Shown in pieces: positions 13,101-25,600 of a stretch of DNA of 64,000 nt (position 1 is its first letter; each line of letters starts with the position of its first letter). A program made the translations under genes and the position numbers. The stretch is taken from assembly GCF_964204645.1 (NCBI RefSeq), contig NC_134026.1:30662150-30726149 (forward strand), given 5' to 3'. Source of the DNA: Tubulanus polymorphus (Eukaryota; Animalia; Nemertea). The notes below the pieces were generated by a model, which was not told the origin of the DNA, did no database searches, and worked only from the letters and a program-made list of their open reading frames with translations.

Positions 13101-13337
13101 AAAGATAATCGAGTGAAATCGTCGTTTTCGAAAAGCCGCAATTTGTCGATTAATAACTCGTTATTGGAAAGCAAGGCGGATGTACCACTGGAGAGTCTAA
13201 CGAAAGAGAACTTATTTCTAATGTGGAAGCAATCAGAGGCGGAATTAAACGCGAAATTGGAAAACGTTTTAGCGGAGAAGGAATTACTGGAGAGAAAGTT
13301 ATCGTTGATTTCACCGTCTGATTTACACTGGGTGTGA
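4196..13337 (+). CDS. Ionotropic glutamate receptor, NMDA family, GluN3 (GRIN3)-like subunit; 5'-incomplete, multi-exon
   Basis: Phase-consistent GT-AG exons 4196-4794, 6909-7974, [8455-8597 or 9430-9557], 10553-10703, 10784-11083, 11566-11682, 12198-12280, 12530-13337. Motifs: S1 'WNGMVADIQSGAADIAIGAFSITNSRLAVIDFT', M1 'FEWNSPFGLTP', pore 'LFGHTVKTKTPKSW', M3 'SYTANLAA', S2 'GESFGDDGYGFGL', post-M4 'SQRLYR' and a C-terminal coiled coil. These resemble vertebrate GluN3 (LFGRT..PKCW, TSQRLHR). The signal peptide and first ATD exon were not identified. Confidence 0.92.
6149..6284. mobile_element. MITE-like element with 20-bp inverted repeats (intronic)
   Basis: caagtgctgcccctatatat ... atatataggggcagcacttg; a diverged reverse-orientation copy lies at about 31192-31345. 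Confidence 0.75.
8266..8369. mobile_element. ~100-bp palindromic MITE (ctggacc...gttccacag / ctgtggaactgggtccag family)
   Basis: Terminal ctggacc/ggtccag with internal gagttaagatt/aatcttaactc. Related copies at about 9965-10074, 18333, 20736, 35779-35945, 42420-42520, 55240-55355 and 61694-61808. Confidence 0.7.
8455..8597 (+). CDS. GluN3-like gene, S2 ligand-binding-domain exon, alternative A
   Basis: aag|CTG...AA|gtatgt; phase 0 to 2; LLQERHLAIGSVSSSAVDMRIRKLNPQLYQLVKNNLVQTSGIGIERI(K); joins GINDPK to NGSLDVYL in frame. An in-frame alternative acceptor at 8464 is possible. Confidence 0.85.
8864..8948. mobile_element. Foldback element with B-box-like arms
   Basis: gcatcctttccttggcaggggttcgaacctgatggca-(12 nt)-tgccatcaggttcgaacccctgccgagggaggatgc; relatives at about 11100-11300, 34863-34930, 36300, 40763-40856 and 58840-58921. 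Confidence 0.75.
9430..9557 (+). CDS. GluN3-like gene, S2 ligand-binding-domain exon, alternative B (mutually exclusive with A)
   Basis: ttcttttgattttcag|TTA...CT|gtaggt; open frame, phase 0 to 2; LIYHKVAVVNSSAAEEHLRKVNHALYLKRITLEDDKVPVRSL(L); aligns with exon A (VSSSAVD/VNSSAAE, IRKLNPQLY/LRKVNHALY). Confidence 0.8.
9965..10074. mobile_element. Copy of the ~100-bp palindromic MITE family
   Basis: ctggacccggttct ... actgtggaactgggaccc. Confidence 0.6.
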
Positions 13338-13630
13338 CCGGTTATATTTTACCTTAGCAGTATTGCCTATTAACATATTCCATGATCGTGCCAATAATAT
13401 ACATAATAATGATAATAGTAAATACTAGCCCCTCAAAATACAGCTACAATTTAACATGATTTTGATATTAATAATAGGACGTGTGCCTTTATACATATCT
13501 ATATATATAATATTAGTAGATGGTTAGATTTTTGAGGAGGATGTGGCGTCTTGCCAGCCCGATCTCTTATCGTCAAATTTGCATAATAACAAAACTACTG
13601 TTGATTATTCATAATTATTTATCGTGAATC

Positions 13631-13730
13631 ATGTACTATCATGTACTATCATGTACTAGCATGTACTATCATGTACTAGCATGTACTATCATGTACTAGC
13701 ATGTACTATCATGTACTAGCATGTACTATC
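13631..13730. repeat. 10-bp tandem repeat (atgtactatc/atgtactagc) x10
   Basis: Ten consecutive units, with the two variants largely alternating; lies in the probable 3' UTR of the GluN3-like gene. Confidence 0.95.
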
Positions 13731-14700
13731 GGCTATTTTGAGTTCTTTACCTGGAAGTGTTTGTTAGATCAGTTCATGAAACTTTTAAACCGATAATCTT
13801 AGAAAATCCCCACAATAAGCAAGAATAATAGTCCGAAAATGTTTCTTTCTTACTGATTTTCGACGTTTCGACTTTATTCTGATAGTTACCTTCAGGAATA
13901 TTTCAGTCGCGACTATTTCCTGAACTAAACGACCATTAGGATATAGTAGAAACGTCGAAAATAAATCAAAAAATAAAGGAACCTTGTCAAACTTGTTTTT
14001 CATTTTGTGAGATTTTCGTTAAAACACGGACTCAGAGTGTTAGTACATACCTATACCCATCTCGAACCATAACGCCATCTTGCGGGATTTTTCAATGTTA
14101 TAACAGATACACGCGCTTTGACTGTGATACTGTGTTGAATTGTTTATAATTATCTCATAATTCATATATTAATCATATCGGTATATGTTATATGTATAGT
14201 TAATTTATTACTGTTATTTTATTATGAATTGTAAAATACTAATGGAAGTAGAGTGTCAAACCCACAATGAAAAAACTGAAATATTTCAAACATCGAAAAA
14301 TTTATAAAAAAAATAAAAACACTACGAAATTTTCTTTTTCCATCTAATAACCAAAATATTGATTGATAACAGTTTCCATGATTGGTTGTTTTCTGTTGGA
14401 AGCTGATTTTGATTGATTTTTCGATATCGTTCGGTAATTTCATCGCTGATTCGACTCGCTGTAGTTTTATTTGCGCAAGATTGTAAATTTCTACCACTAA
14501 CACTATATACTAATGGATATAGATTAGAAGTAGAATTAGATCCCCCTAATTGAGGCTATGATTTAGAAATTGACGGACGATGACACAGAAATCTCTATTT
14601 ATTTATTTATCTGTAAACTCATTCCTCTGTCAATTTGATAAATCTGTCAAACCTTTCACGATATAATCGTTGTGTATAATCTAGCAGCATTTATTTGCGT

Positions 14701-14782
14701 TTAAAGCCTGGCGTAGGTCGACTGGCGATCAGTCGCGACTGGAGGAACCAGTCCCAGGAGGCCGACCTACGCGCCCGGCTAA
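14701..14782. mobile_element. Short GC-rich foldback/MITE
   Basis: agcctggcgtaggtcg ... cgacctacgcgcccggct, with internal hairpins gactggcgatcagtc and gactggaggaaccagtc. Confidence 0.5.
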
Positions 14783-15864
14783 ATCAAACATCTCCTTATC
14801 AAACGTGCGTATATCCCTTTCATAAAGACTATAAATAACCTCATAATTTTGGTATTTTTTATCTTCTAGAATATTGTATATACACTTTGAATATTGTACA
14901 TAAATTGAATAGTATAACGTATAATGTAGATTGATAAATACTAGTATATGATATATTAGTATAACACTAAATGGTGGGGCAGCGCGGATAAGTGATCGAT
15001 ATATAAAGAGTTTATCATATACATTTCAATCCGCCATTAATCTCTTATAATAAACCGCATATCAATGTGTTAGTGTACTTCCTTCAGCTAGTGTATTTCC
15101 TGTGTCATATGTGGCTATTTACATTGTATTATATTCAAAACGTTGGACTTCGGAAGCAGGAACAGATTTAAGCCCGGGTCCATAATTCCTCCCATAAAGC
15201 AGCCATTCCAGAGGCTGCGAGCAAGGCGGGCTTCCCCTGACCGTTAGAATATGTTTGAATAGTTTTGCTTCCAATTTTGTCTAAACACTTCACACCGATA
15301 TGATTGTTATCAAAAACAATAAAATAGAAAACAATTCTGATATTTGGATTTTAGAATAAATTCACCGTTATTGTAGCAGCTGTTCATGCACCTTATTAAA
15401 CATATGAATATTTAGCAGCTTAAGTCAAAATGACTCCTAAAACGCTTTTAAACGCACACTTTTGCCATAAAATAGACTAGTTCTATGATATATGTATGCA
15501 TACCCCTGTAACTTGTATTCATTCACCCAGGTATATACCGCGATTAATCATCAAATCAATATATTCTGAATTGTATTGTTATATTTGCCGGCTGTTACAT
15601 ATTGAAATTTGACGATTCATTTTCAAAATCATATGACTTCATTATTTCTTTGATAGCATTTCAAAAATGATTTGTTCGTTTTGTATTTTTCGGAACATTC
15701 GATAGTGTAGCGTGTGTCGAGCAGATACGAGATTTTCTATAGGCTGATTATAAATAATGTAAATAAACTGTATATATTTTCTAATACTAATAAACGAAAT
15801 GAGGGAAATTCATAAATTCATCTTGAATTCTCAGTGCATTTTTTCGGATCTGGCCAAATCGAAC

Positions 15865-16150
15865 CTGTAACGGACTAAATTAGAACGGACCGAATCAATG
15901 ACGTGCGTTCACACGTCAGATCACCGGTCAAGCGGACGCAACATTGATTGACAGAGTTCTATTCACACACAGAAAATGTCCATTCTAAAATTCAGAACGG
16001 ACCTAGATCGGTCTTTTTGCTTTGATTCTAATTGTTCCGTTGGAACGAACCAATTTAGAACGGGTTTTTCACAAGTGCGAACGCTTCTTAATTCGAACGG
16101 ACTAAATCTATACCGTTAATTCTCAATAACGTAGTGTAGTGTGAACGCGG
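15865..16150. mobile_element. Non-autonomous DNA transposon remnant (aacggac repeats, ends gtgtgaacgcgg)
   Basis: Repeated (g)aacggac/aatttagaacgga motifs; colinear homologue at about 37850-38165 and a fragment at about 27680-27735. Confidence 0.6.
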
Positions 16151-16267
16151 CATATTGAGTTGGATATTCCCCTCGTTCGTTCGTTCGTTCGTTCGCAGTT
16201 ACTTCGGCAATTTCCGCAGTAGTTACGTGTAAAGGTTGGATCGGACGCGGGAAGGAGATGTGCATCT

Positions 16268-16275
16268 TATAAATA
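16268..16275 (+). promoter_or_regulatory. TATA box candidate for the two-TM gene
   Basis: TATAAATA about 270 nt upstream of the ATG at 16540. Confidence 0.4.
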
Positions 16276-16539
16276 ACCGGGTGATAAGGTGAAGTACATA
16301 CAATACACACACAGATTGAAAGTATCGTTGTTGTTCCGCGCGTTTTACCGAGCAACATTAGCGAATAGGAAAGTAATTAACGTTTCATTCTCTATACTGC
16401 TTTATTCAGGTAATATAACGATTAAAAACTACAGGATTCGGAAACTTTTCATTCGTTTTTCGTTAATCGATTAGTGACTGTGTAATTGAGAGGACTTGGT
16501 GATTTTTTCCTAAATTTACCTGAACTAACAACACATCAA

Positions 16540-19500
16540 ATGAACGCGTCATCGTTAGCTAGTATGCAGCCGTCCATCTACATTTTCGGCAATGTAAAAA
16601 GATACAGTTTCAGAAAAATCTATAACCGACGAATTTACGACCGACCTCGAAAACCCAAACAGAAAAAGGACAAGTATAAACTTCCTCATATAAAAGACGA
16701 TGACAAACCACCGTCTTTAATGGCAAAGATTGGATTGATTATTGTGGCGCTAGTGTTTCTAATAACGGGAATTGTAATGGTCATATGTGGAAATATACAA
16801 GGAGGAAATAACCTGTTGTAAGTATATATGATAAAAGTAGATTTCTGTTTGTATGTAAAAAAACCTACAGATATGAAGAATTAACGACTACCTGTAAACC
16901 ACAGACTGAGCTTTATTGCGATGTACGGGAAAATAATCCCTGGGAACATATTGAAATTTGTCACTCATTACCATCATTGCTCATTATTATCATGGTGGTT
17001 GTCAGCCAGGCTGAGGATTAATCCCTAGGGTAGCCTTGATACCCAGTCTATAAAACCAGGCCCCGTAGTTTCGGATAGAAATTACTTATTTCCATTTTCA
17101 TAGATTTCGTTCGAAATGAATAAATCTCTGAAAATCGATAGTTTTATAAATCTACCCAAAACGTCGTCAGTGATTTTCGTTGTTAAATGATCACATGGTG
17201 CGTGTTTTATTTTGGCCCCGACACTTGCCTTCAGTCTATTCGACGGATTCAATAGTTATAGTTATTGAAACGCGCCACCCGATGGACAAAGCGAAGTCTC
17301 ACAAATCGATTTAAAATTCAGTAATAATGAATTAGTTCATTGATAACTTTTGACTGTTCCTTATAACAGACATTACCAGAATTCGAATTAGAGCTAACTG
17401 TTATTGCTCCACAAGAATTCCAATAACTTACAACACAAAAACAGACAATACAAGGATTGATTCAGTTTTCATAAATCAATGAAGATCAGAAATAAGCATA
17501 AATGAGAACATGAATAAAGTGAATGCGTTTAGTAAAGCTTCCTGCCTTTAATAATCTGTACACGCATGGCCTGGTTCCGAAGAAAGGTGGTTGATTACTT
17601 AAGTTAATGACTTTCTAATTGACTTTCACAACGACGTAATCGAGAATCGATTGATGTGAAACCGATATCCGTCAAACCGCGATCGTCTTTTCGACAAATT
17701 CGTAAAATAATGTACGGTTTTAGATACAATATTTCTAACGGAGAATGTAAGAAAGTACACACACCGATTCTCTGTGCTTGGAATCGAACTTTGTTTATGT
17801 AGTTTGCGTACATGATGCCCTTGTAGCCTCATATTTCGTTCGCTGTTTAGCTTCTGCGGCGGCAGTTCCTGAAAACAAGAACTCGTAGATGAAGGTGTGC
17901 GACGTACATATCTCTTAACGGCAGCGAGAAAACAACGCACATATATTCGTGCACATATATTGGAATCTTTAAAAATGAAATCGTTCTGCATAACCGCGTA
18001 CTGACGTCAAGTCTGTAGGCAAAAAGCTAAATTGGGTTTCCTAAGAATTCTCCTCTGTTTCGTGTTGAAATTCCCAATTTACAAGAAATATATGGCGATT
18101 TAGGCGCATCACTTGTCATTTGTTGCAACGTTTTCTCAGAGGTGTCAAACAGCTTCATGTTACTAATTTTCTTGTTTGTCATTTTATCTCTGACTCTTAT
18201 TTCGTATACAATATTACAGAAATAGGCCACTAGCCTTGATGATATTTCAAATATCGAATGCTCATCTAATCATCAACCTCATCATATATACGTTACAGCA
18301 ATTAAACGAAGTCTTGTCTTCTAAAAAAAACTCTGGATCCAGTTACACGGTTGTGGGTTAGAGTTAACCGTGAGTTAAGATTATATAATATTCAATGTTT
18401 ATATTCAATTCAAAATTTTAATCCAGAACAGTCTAAACCACTTGAGTCTAGGCGATAATACTGATAGGTCTGTCTTTCTTGTAATACGTGGACATAATTT
18501 TTTAATCTCGACGCCAGACCTGCTGCGGCTTTAACTGACTATATTGACTTACCGTAGGTAGATTACACGGGTTTAAGTTTAAAGATTACGTATGTTTATG
18601 AGCGTTGAATAAAAGCCGTTCTGTTCGCCAGGAATGTTAAAGTCATTAATATAATAATCCTAGTACACGAGCGCTTTGTCCGGTTTGAGAACACTGAGAA
18701 TGAAATATTCATAAAAAACCGATAAACTACGTGAACATTGTTCACTCTTGAATCATGAACTGGTTTTCAAAAATTCTGATTTATGCGAAAGATAATTTTT
18801 TCCCGGAGTGCATCTAGGGTTACTGGAAGAAGGCGAGGGTCCAAAGGAAAAGTATGGTCATTTTTTGGATAAAGCCGTTAGATAACGAGCGGGCTACCCC
18901 TCGGTGTTCAGGGGGGGGGGGGAGGATCAGTGTAAAATTTGCAGGGTTTCACAGATTTAGATTTCAATTGATTTAGATTAGATTTGAATTCATTGCTCAA
19001 GAAATTACATTTTTTTCGAGCGAAGGGTACAAAGAAACAGTTACTCAGTATATCAGTATACACGCAATTGAATAAACGCAATATTCGTCATGACACACAT
19101 GGGTAACCTCAATGGCAAGAGGCAGGGGTCCGAACCTTCGAAAATATCCCGTCGATCCGCTCATATTACTGATAAACAAAAAAATCGTCTTCTTTTTCAA
19201 TATTATGTTCGTTTTTAAAGCAGTTTGTTCATATTTGAACTATAATTGTTTCTGTCAATCTTCGTTTCGAAGTTAAGTGAGTTTGGATTTTTTTTGTACG
19301 CTTGGTTATATTTTCTATGCGCTATAAGCTGAATGCCGATGTTCGTGTTATCCATCATACCGAGCATCACTTACAAAACATTTACTAATTACTAGTGTTC
19401 GTATATGTAACACCTGGTAAAATAGTCGATTTGATATAAATATCCCCCGCCTTCATCGCTAAATTTCCGTTCTATTTAGAATCTATTTTAATCTAGGCAT

Positions 19501-21127
19501 TCGATAATTAGTTATTGAATAGAGTTAAGGTGATTGACAGCCCAGGTTTACTACAAACATTATCTTCAATCAGTTTAAAATCAGTAGTTTCTCCGCCAGT
19601 TTAACTCTTGTTTATCAAACGCGAATTTGTGGCTAATTCAACCGCGCATATGTGCATCATTTCCCCAAATCTCACAACAATCTTTCCTCTTATCGTACAT
19701 TGCACACTCATTATCTTATGACACCTTGCCCGGCTCAAGTATATTTCTAATTGATTATCACACTTTAATCTTTCAGAAGATATTACCCGGTGCGAGCGAA
19801 GCTTTAATATACATATTTTCTCCGAATATCAGTTTGAATATAACTCGTAGATGATTATACTATCGAGTAGGTGGTTTGTTTGTATAATACTCTACACTAA
19901 CTGCTCTCAAGAAAATATCCGATATAGCAACTGTTCCAATATCACATAAACTAATTACAATAATTGCTTCTATGAAATACAAATTATATTGAGCTCATTT
20001 CAACCCACGCCCTGATGAAATTATTACATTATTTTTGTTAAGAATTTTACTTCGAAGAATTGGCTGAATTAAGCCATTTTTCTCGGACATTAAGATTGTG
20101 AATAATCTATTACCTAAACAAAAAACTTGTCATTAGAAGATTTTACAGAACTGCAGCAGAATGTTCTCCATACAATCAATCATTAAAGTTGGCGAAATTA
20201 CTGATAGAATTGACCGATCAAGAATTTTGGTCTTGTGATTTTAGATATTCTGAGGTGGAAGCGCAATTTTGTGTTATAAAAAACGGGAAAATGTTAATGC
20301 AGATTGAGTTGTAATCGTCTGACAAAGATACAATGAACTTTGCCGCATTCAGGCTGATATTCTTTTTACCCGAGCCAAGTACCTGGATAATAGTTCAATG
20401 TTTTTATTTCGCAGCTTCTACATAGTCGGTGGTTTGCTGATATGTGGCGCACTAGTGATGCTAGTCGTTTCAGTCGTGAAGTTTCGCATGGATAAACGAA
20501 ACCACGTGAGTTCATCATAACGGAAAAAGTTTCTTCCGTTTTTCATCATTTCTGACATTTCCTTTATTAAAGAATCATTACAAAACGTCACGTATACAAT
20601 TACCAGTTACAGGGTATATTAAAGCTTTATACGTGTATATGTTACAGTAGTAATTTTGCTATCCGTTGAGAGAACTTACAGAATAACAATGTCTTCCTTG
20701 TTATTTCGTATTTTTTCAATCTACGTAATTTATTCAGGATCCAGTTCCACAGTTGTGGATTAGAGTTGATTTAGTTGCTGCTGGTCAGTTCATGTTTTCA
20801 GCGAGGACAGCAAAATTCGGCCGTTTTATGCATGGAATATTAATTGGGCCACGCGAATCAATGCTCGTTGAAAACGTTTGCATTTTTTTCCAGGAGATGA
20901 AACAACAACAGACCGCACTGCATCGTATAGAAGAGGGGAATGAAGATGACGTAGATGATAAAGAAAAGGAGGATATACGGGAGGAAAACAATACAACGGC
21001 GTCGACTTCTACTAATCATCAACGACAGGCTGATCATCAAAGCCACACCAGCGACAGTCCTACGGATATACAACACTCTCATGATCACCACGGCGAAAGC
21101 GGTCACCATCAGACCCTTCCGACGTGA
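16540..21127 (+). CDS. Uncharacterised ~200-aa two-transmembrane protein (3 exons)
   Basis: Exons 16540-16817, 20415-20505 and 20894-21127 with canonical splice sites and matching phases (2, 0). Basic N-terminus, TM1 IGLIIVALVFLITGIVMVICG, TM2 FFYIVGGLLICGALVMLVVSVV, acidic/His-rich tail. Confidence 0.75.
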
Positions 21128-22611
21128 CCTTCACCTTCTAACAATACGACAGGTCTTTGATTTCCAAGTACATGCATTCTCTGAATGCAGTAAACGTACT
21201 AAGTTGAAGTACGCATTGTACGTCCCTTAGTCGACGGCTGAAAGAGTCTCCGATGAGTGTGTATATAATTATCAAAATGTTTTCAACGTAAAATATGTTT
21301 TCATCATGAATATGACTGTTGTATTTATCTATCTATCCATTTTCAGTGGGTGTGGTTTTTTAGAGTAGGAATGCGAGTTTCCATTTAATGGTTATCTATT
21401 CATCGTGATAGTGATAAAATCATCCCAGCTAAAAGAGTATCCCGTTACTATCCTTAAGGGACGAGAGATAAGTTCAAGTGGGTCCAAACACATTAGTGGC
21501 CACGCTTAGTTCAGTTTTCGGCGTACGGTTTTCCTTTTTCCTCGAGCGATTTGTTTGTGTTTTAATGATATTTCACTTGTTTTTCATCCCTTGGTTTTCA
21601 CTTCGTTTCTGCCTGTATCTGATACACATAAACAAAACATCCTCTGTACAAACATTGCTTTTGAAATAAAATAGATTCAAAAGAGTCGTTTTCAATAATA
21701 AATGATGGCGGCGTTGTTTAATCATGTCTGACATGCGTTCTTCGTTTTTCGCGTGATGCTGAAGATGCGCCGCTCGAATAGAGCTGGAATTATTTGTAGT
21801 TGGAAATACTGACAGACTCGGCGTAAAGAAGATTATCACCGTCTTTTAATTGTCGTAAAAATTCGAGCGCTGATTGAGCTTCCAACAAAGAACAGATATA
21901 GACATAGGTCTTTTGATCGATGGGAAATAATCATAATTCTCGCCAAATCAAAGAAACTGATTATTTCTCGTTTTCAAGAAGATTAATAAATCACTATTCA
22001 CATCGACAGCGTGTTGTCACTCTCACCGTGAAGACGCCTCTTTCTCTCTCTGCTGACCTCCAGGAATGACTCGTATATTATAGAATGAATGACGCGCAGG
22101 AACAATCCGTAAACTCAAACGTGCAGAATCGATAATGAAATTAAAACTGTTGTTACAAATTTGAAAGATTTACAACAAAATTTATCTATCAAATTTCCTT
22201 ATTTTCATATAATTGGTTTAAGTTTTGTTAAGATATAAAAAATGCTTAATACCCGGATAAGAAATCCGTTTTCACATTGCGTCTGTCACCCTAACAGTTT
22301 TCAAACCTGTTTTCTGTGGCCCCCTGAAAGATCCTTAAAACGTGTACGAATAATTGATATAACGAGTTACGTTGGGAATTACTGTCATCACTGATCAATT
22401 AATGTCAAAGTAACGACTGATTTATAGCACATTGAATATTTACTCATAGGCTACACATCATTTATAGCAGAAAGGTTTTATCACTCAAATAATGTCTGAT
22501 TAATGGTCGTTCAAACTTCACTCATTTGTCATAGTCTCATTTCGGTTATTTATGTCACCAATTTACCCTTGTATTTCAATTTGCGACCAAAAGCAGCGAT
22601 TTGAGATTATT

Positions 22612-22690
22612 ACATGCCCTACTCAACATGCCCTACTCTACATGCCCTACTCTTCATATCTTATACTCCACATGCCGTACTCTTATTGGC
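22612..22690. repeat. Degenerate 14-bp tandem repeat (acatgccctactc.)
   Basis: acatgccctactca acatgccctactct acatgccctactct followed by diverged units. Confidence 0.7.
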
Positions 22691-25600
22691 CCTAATCCTA
22701 CATGCCTTTCTCAATTTCAAATATTTGTCCGTTTTCAGGAGGATAAATCAATAGTCGATATGTTTTTTCTATCAAATCCTCCCGGCGCCGGAATTTACCA
22801 TCAGATCAATCTACTTATAGCTTTAACTGGAATCTACCTAATTTTACTCGGGAGAGAAGGAGAGAGATCCATTTTCGTCCATTAAGCAGACGCGGGACCA
22901 GTCAGACGTGGGCGACTGTCATTCCGACACAAAACAAAAAACATTTCCGTCATTCTAGCGGACAAAGAAGCTCTGATTTAAAAATCCGTTCACTCTTGTA
23001 CACAGTAGCATGAAAAGAATTACTTCCGTTTCATTTAGCGCTATCACAAATGATGAGAGATCCGTCTAGATAGATTACCAGCATATAGCGATATAGGAAA
23101 CAATTCTCGCAGAGAAAAATGAGTAGTCATTACTTATCACTGCGCACATTGTCGATGATTGAATATAAAATCCCACAATAAACATAAAGATTCTGAAATC
23201 GTCTCGGCGAGCCAATGATTCATTCGACGTTTAGACTATATTATCCTGCTATCAGGAATATTGAAGATGTATTTTCGTACTCTATTTTTTGACGCCGTAA
23301 AAACCGTTACAAAAATGTTTTTGTTATTCAGGTTCTGTGTGAATTGATGTGCACTACGTCATCAACGTTGGTGTTTCAAAATAACAATTGCAATTGTGAA
23401 TTTCGGCGTTTCTTTTTGTAATATTTCATAAATGTTATCTTGTTTTTTTTAAAAATAATTTTCAATAATCATCTTTGAGAGGATGCGCACTACATCATCG
23501 ATATATCGGGGCTAGACTGGTTGCCGGTCAATTCAATTCAATAATCGATATATTCAAATCCAAAATAACTTTATTGTTCCATAGAATTATATAATTTATA
23601 TCATATTATTTATTGTCGACGATACCAAGCAATATTCATGTGTCATTTTTCAGGCTCGTGAATTATATTTTCATTCAAAGAGCAGGGAAGAAATACAAAC
23701 ACAGTTTGTAGAAAACGAAATGCAATCTATGATGCGTAATAAACATCAGCCGGGTCGTGACGACGAAGGAAATTGAAAACTAGTTGATCGCGTTAAGATT
23801 TCATATTCATACTCTACTTATGTTAACGAGAAGTTATTATTAATGGCCTCGTGATGTCATAAAGATGTGTGTGATCAGAGATGATGAAGTTGTTGAAGGT
23901 AATTGGACTGCGTTGAGATAAGGGTGAAGAGCTACAGGTAGCTTCAGGTAGCTTATAGCTATCGACCTGGAATACAGGCGCAGCTTCTGTGCCGAACTAG
24001 AATTAGCTTCTAATGCACCAAACGATCTTATTCGGCGGAATCGGAAACCGTCTGATGTTTGATGTTCTGTATAAATGTTTCTAAATGGTAAAAGCTATTT
24101 GCTTCAAGGATTTCTCCAAATCCGCCGCCTTTAGTGCTATTTACACTTAAACGAATGACACATTTTTACCGATCCGTCACCGACGCGACATTTTATTTTT
24201 AGATATCTTCCCCGAGTAAACCGACAGGGCTATTGACAATATCATCCGCCGATCTACCCTCGACACGGAGACGACTAAATCCATATGTCAATTACCGGCC
24301 AATCAATCTATAATAGAAAATCTATTCATCAATATTTGATTGGTACAAGCTAATGGTAATTAACTACCGTATAAGATCAATCTAATGTTCCACTGGAGAC
24401 CGTTCTCCCTGATGTATGATACCCTATCATCTTCCGGGAAACCCGTCCATGGCGGTGCCAAATGGGTATGTGCCTGTTTTGCCAAATTTGGCTCGACCAA
24501 ATAGTTTGGAACAGACCCGAACAAAATCTTGTACATGCTGATTGCGGTTCCGGAAGAGGTTCAACTCGCTTACCGCAGCATGATCTTTGATAGCATTTTA
24601 ATGACGAGTGAGTGATTTACATGCGCTAGGCCAAATTTGACTCGGACGTGATACGGGCCAGTTTGACCCGGGCCAAAACGTCCCCTTGTGATCACGGTAT
24701 CATTTTCAGAGCCAATGCACTTGGCCTGCGTTATTGAAATCATTTTCAGGTGTAATGTTCACCAGGATACAACCAAACATCGGACTCGAGAACAAACACG
24801 TTTTAAAGTCTATGTTTAAACTGAGAATTGCTTTCGAATTTATTTTAGTTTTAACACATATCTGACGAATAAATCAACGTACCATTAAGTCAAAATTATT
24901 CGATATTTTCAAAATACGGTTGTAAATATTGTCATGTTGTTGTGTAGTGTTCAACGCGAGTTGGTTTATTGCTGCTGCTGCTGCTGCTGTCTGTATCATT
25001 AACAGTAGCGCCGACAGTTGCGTCAACATCAGCATCAATTGCGCACTTCACTTCCCTCTCTCTCACTCACTCTCTTACTAACGATTCCTCATCAAACATT
25101 TCAACTATTATACGGGATATCAGTCTTATAACTACATATACTTGGATATGTTACAAAGGTATGTTAACTTTTAACTCTAAACTCTGGAGATTTATTATAT
25201 TTAAGTTTTGTTGGATTTCGATGCGTTTTTGGTCACCGCGTAACTTGGAAAAAACGATTTTTACCTATTTTCAATGATTGTAATGAAATATGATCTGTGT
25301 ATTTTTTTATGGCAAATTATAGAAGATTATAGATATTTTGTAATAAAATTACTGTAATATGATAATAGTTACACCGATAGTTGAAAACATCTACGCATAT
25401 GAAATGTTATACAGAACCGAGAAGTTGTTGAAGGTTGTCATGAATTTTCGATATTTTCAAGATTAGAAAACATAAATGAAAGAATCATGAATAATTTATG
25501 AATTTTACATAGAAAACGAGAGAATGACAATAAATTTTGTGCTATATTTCTAATTCTGAATTAATAAATTCTGAATAATTTCTAATATGAATAATTATTA

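Noticed and set aside
12783-13174. Antisense ORFs over the last NMDA receptor exon (also 52321-52806 and 57836-58135)
   Set aside because: Shadow ORFs of real coding sequence on the opposite strand.
17604-18230. Minus-strand ORFs nested in the intron of the two-TM gene
   Set aside because: No recognisable motifs and no consistent splice structure.
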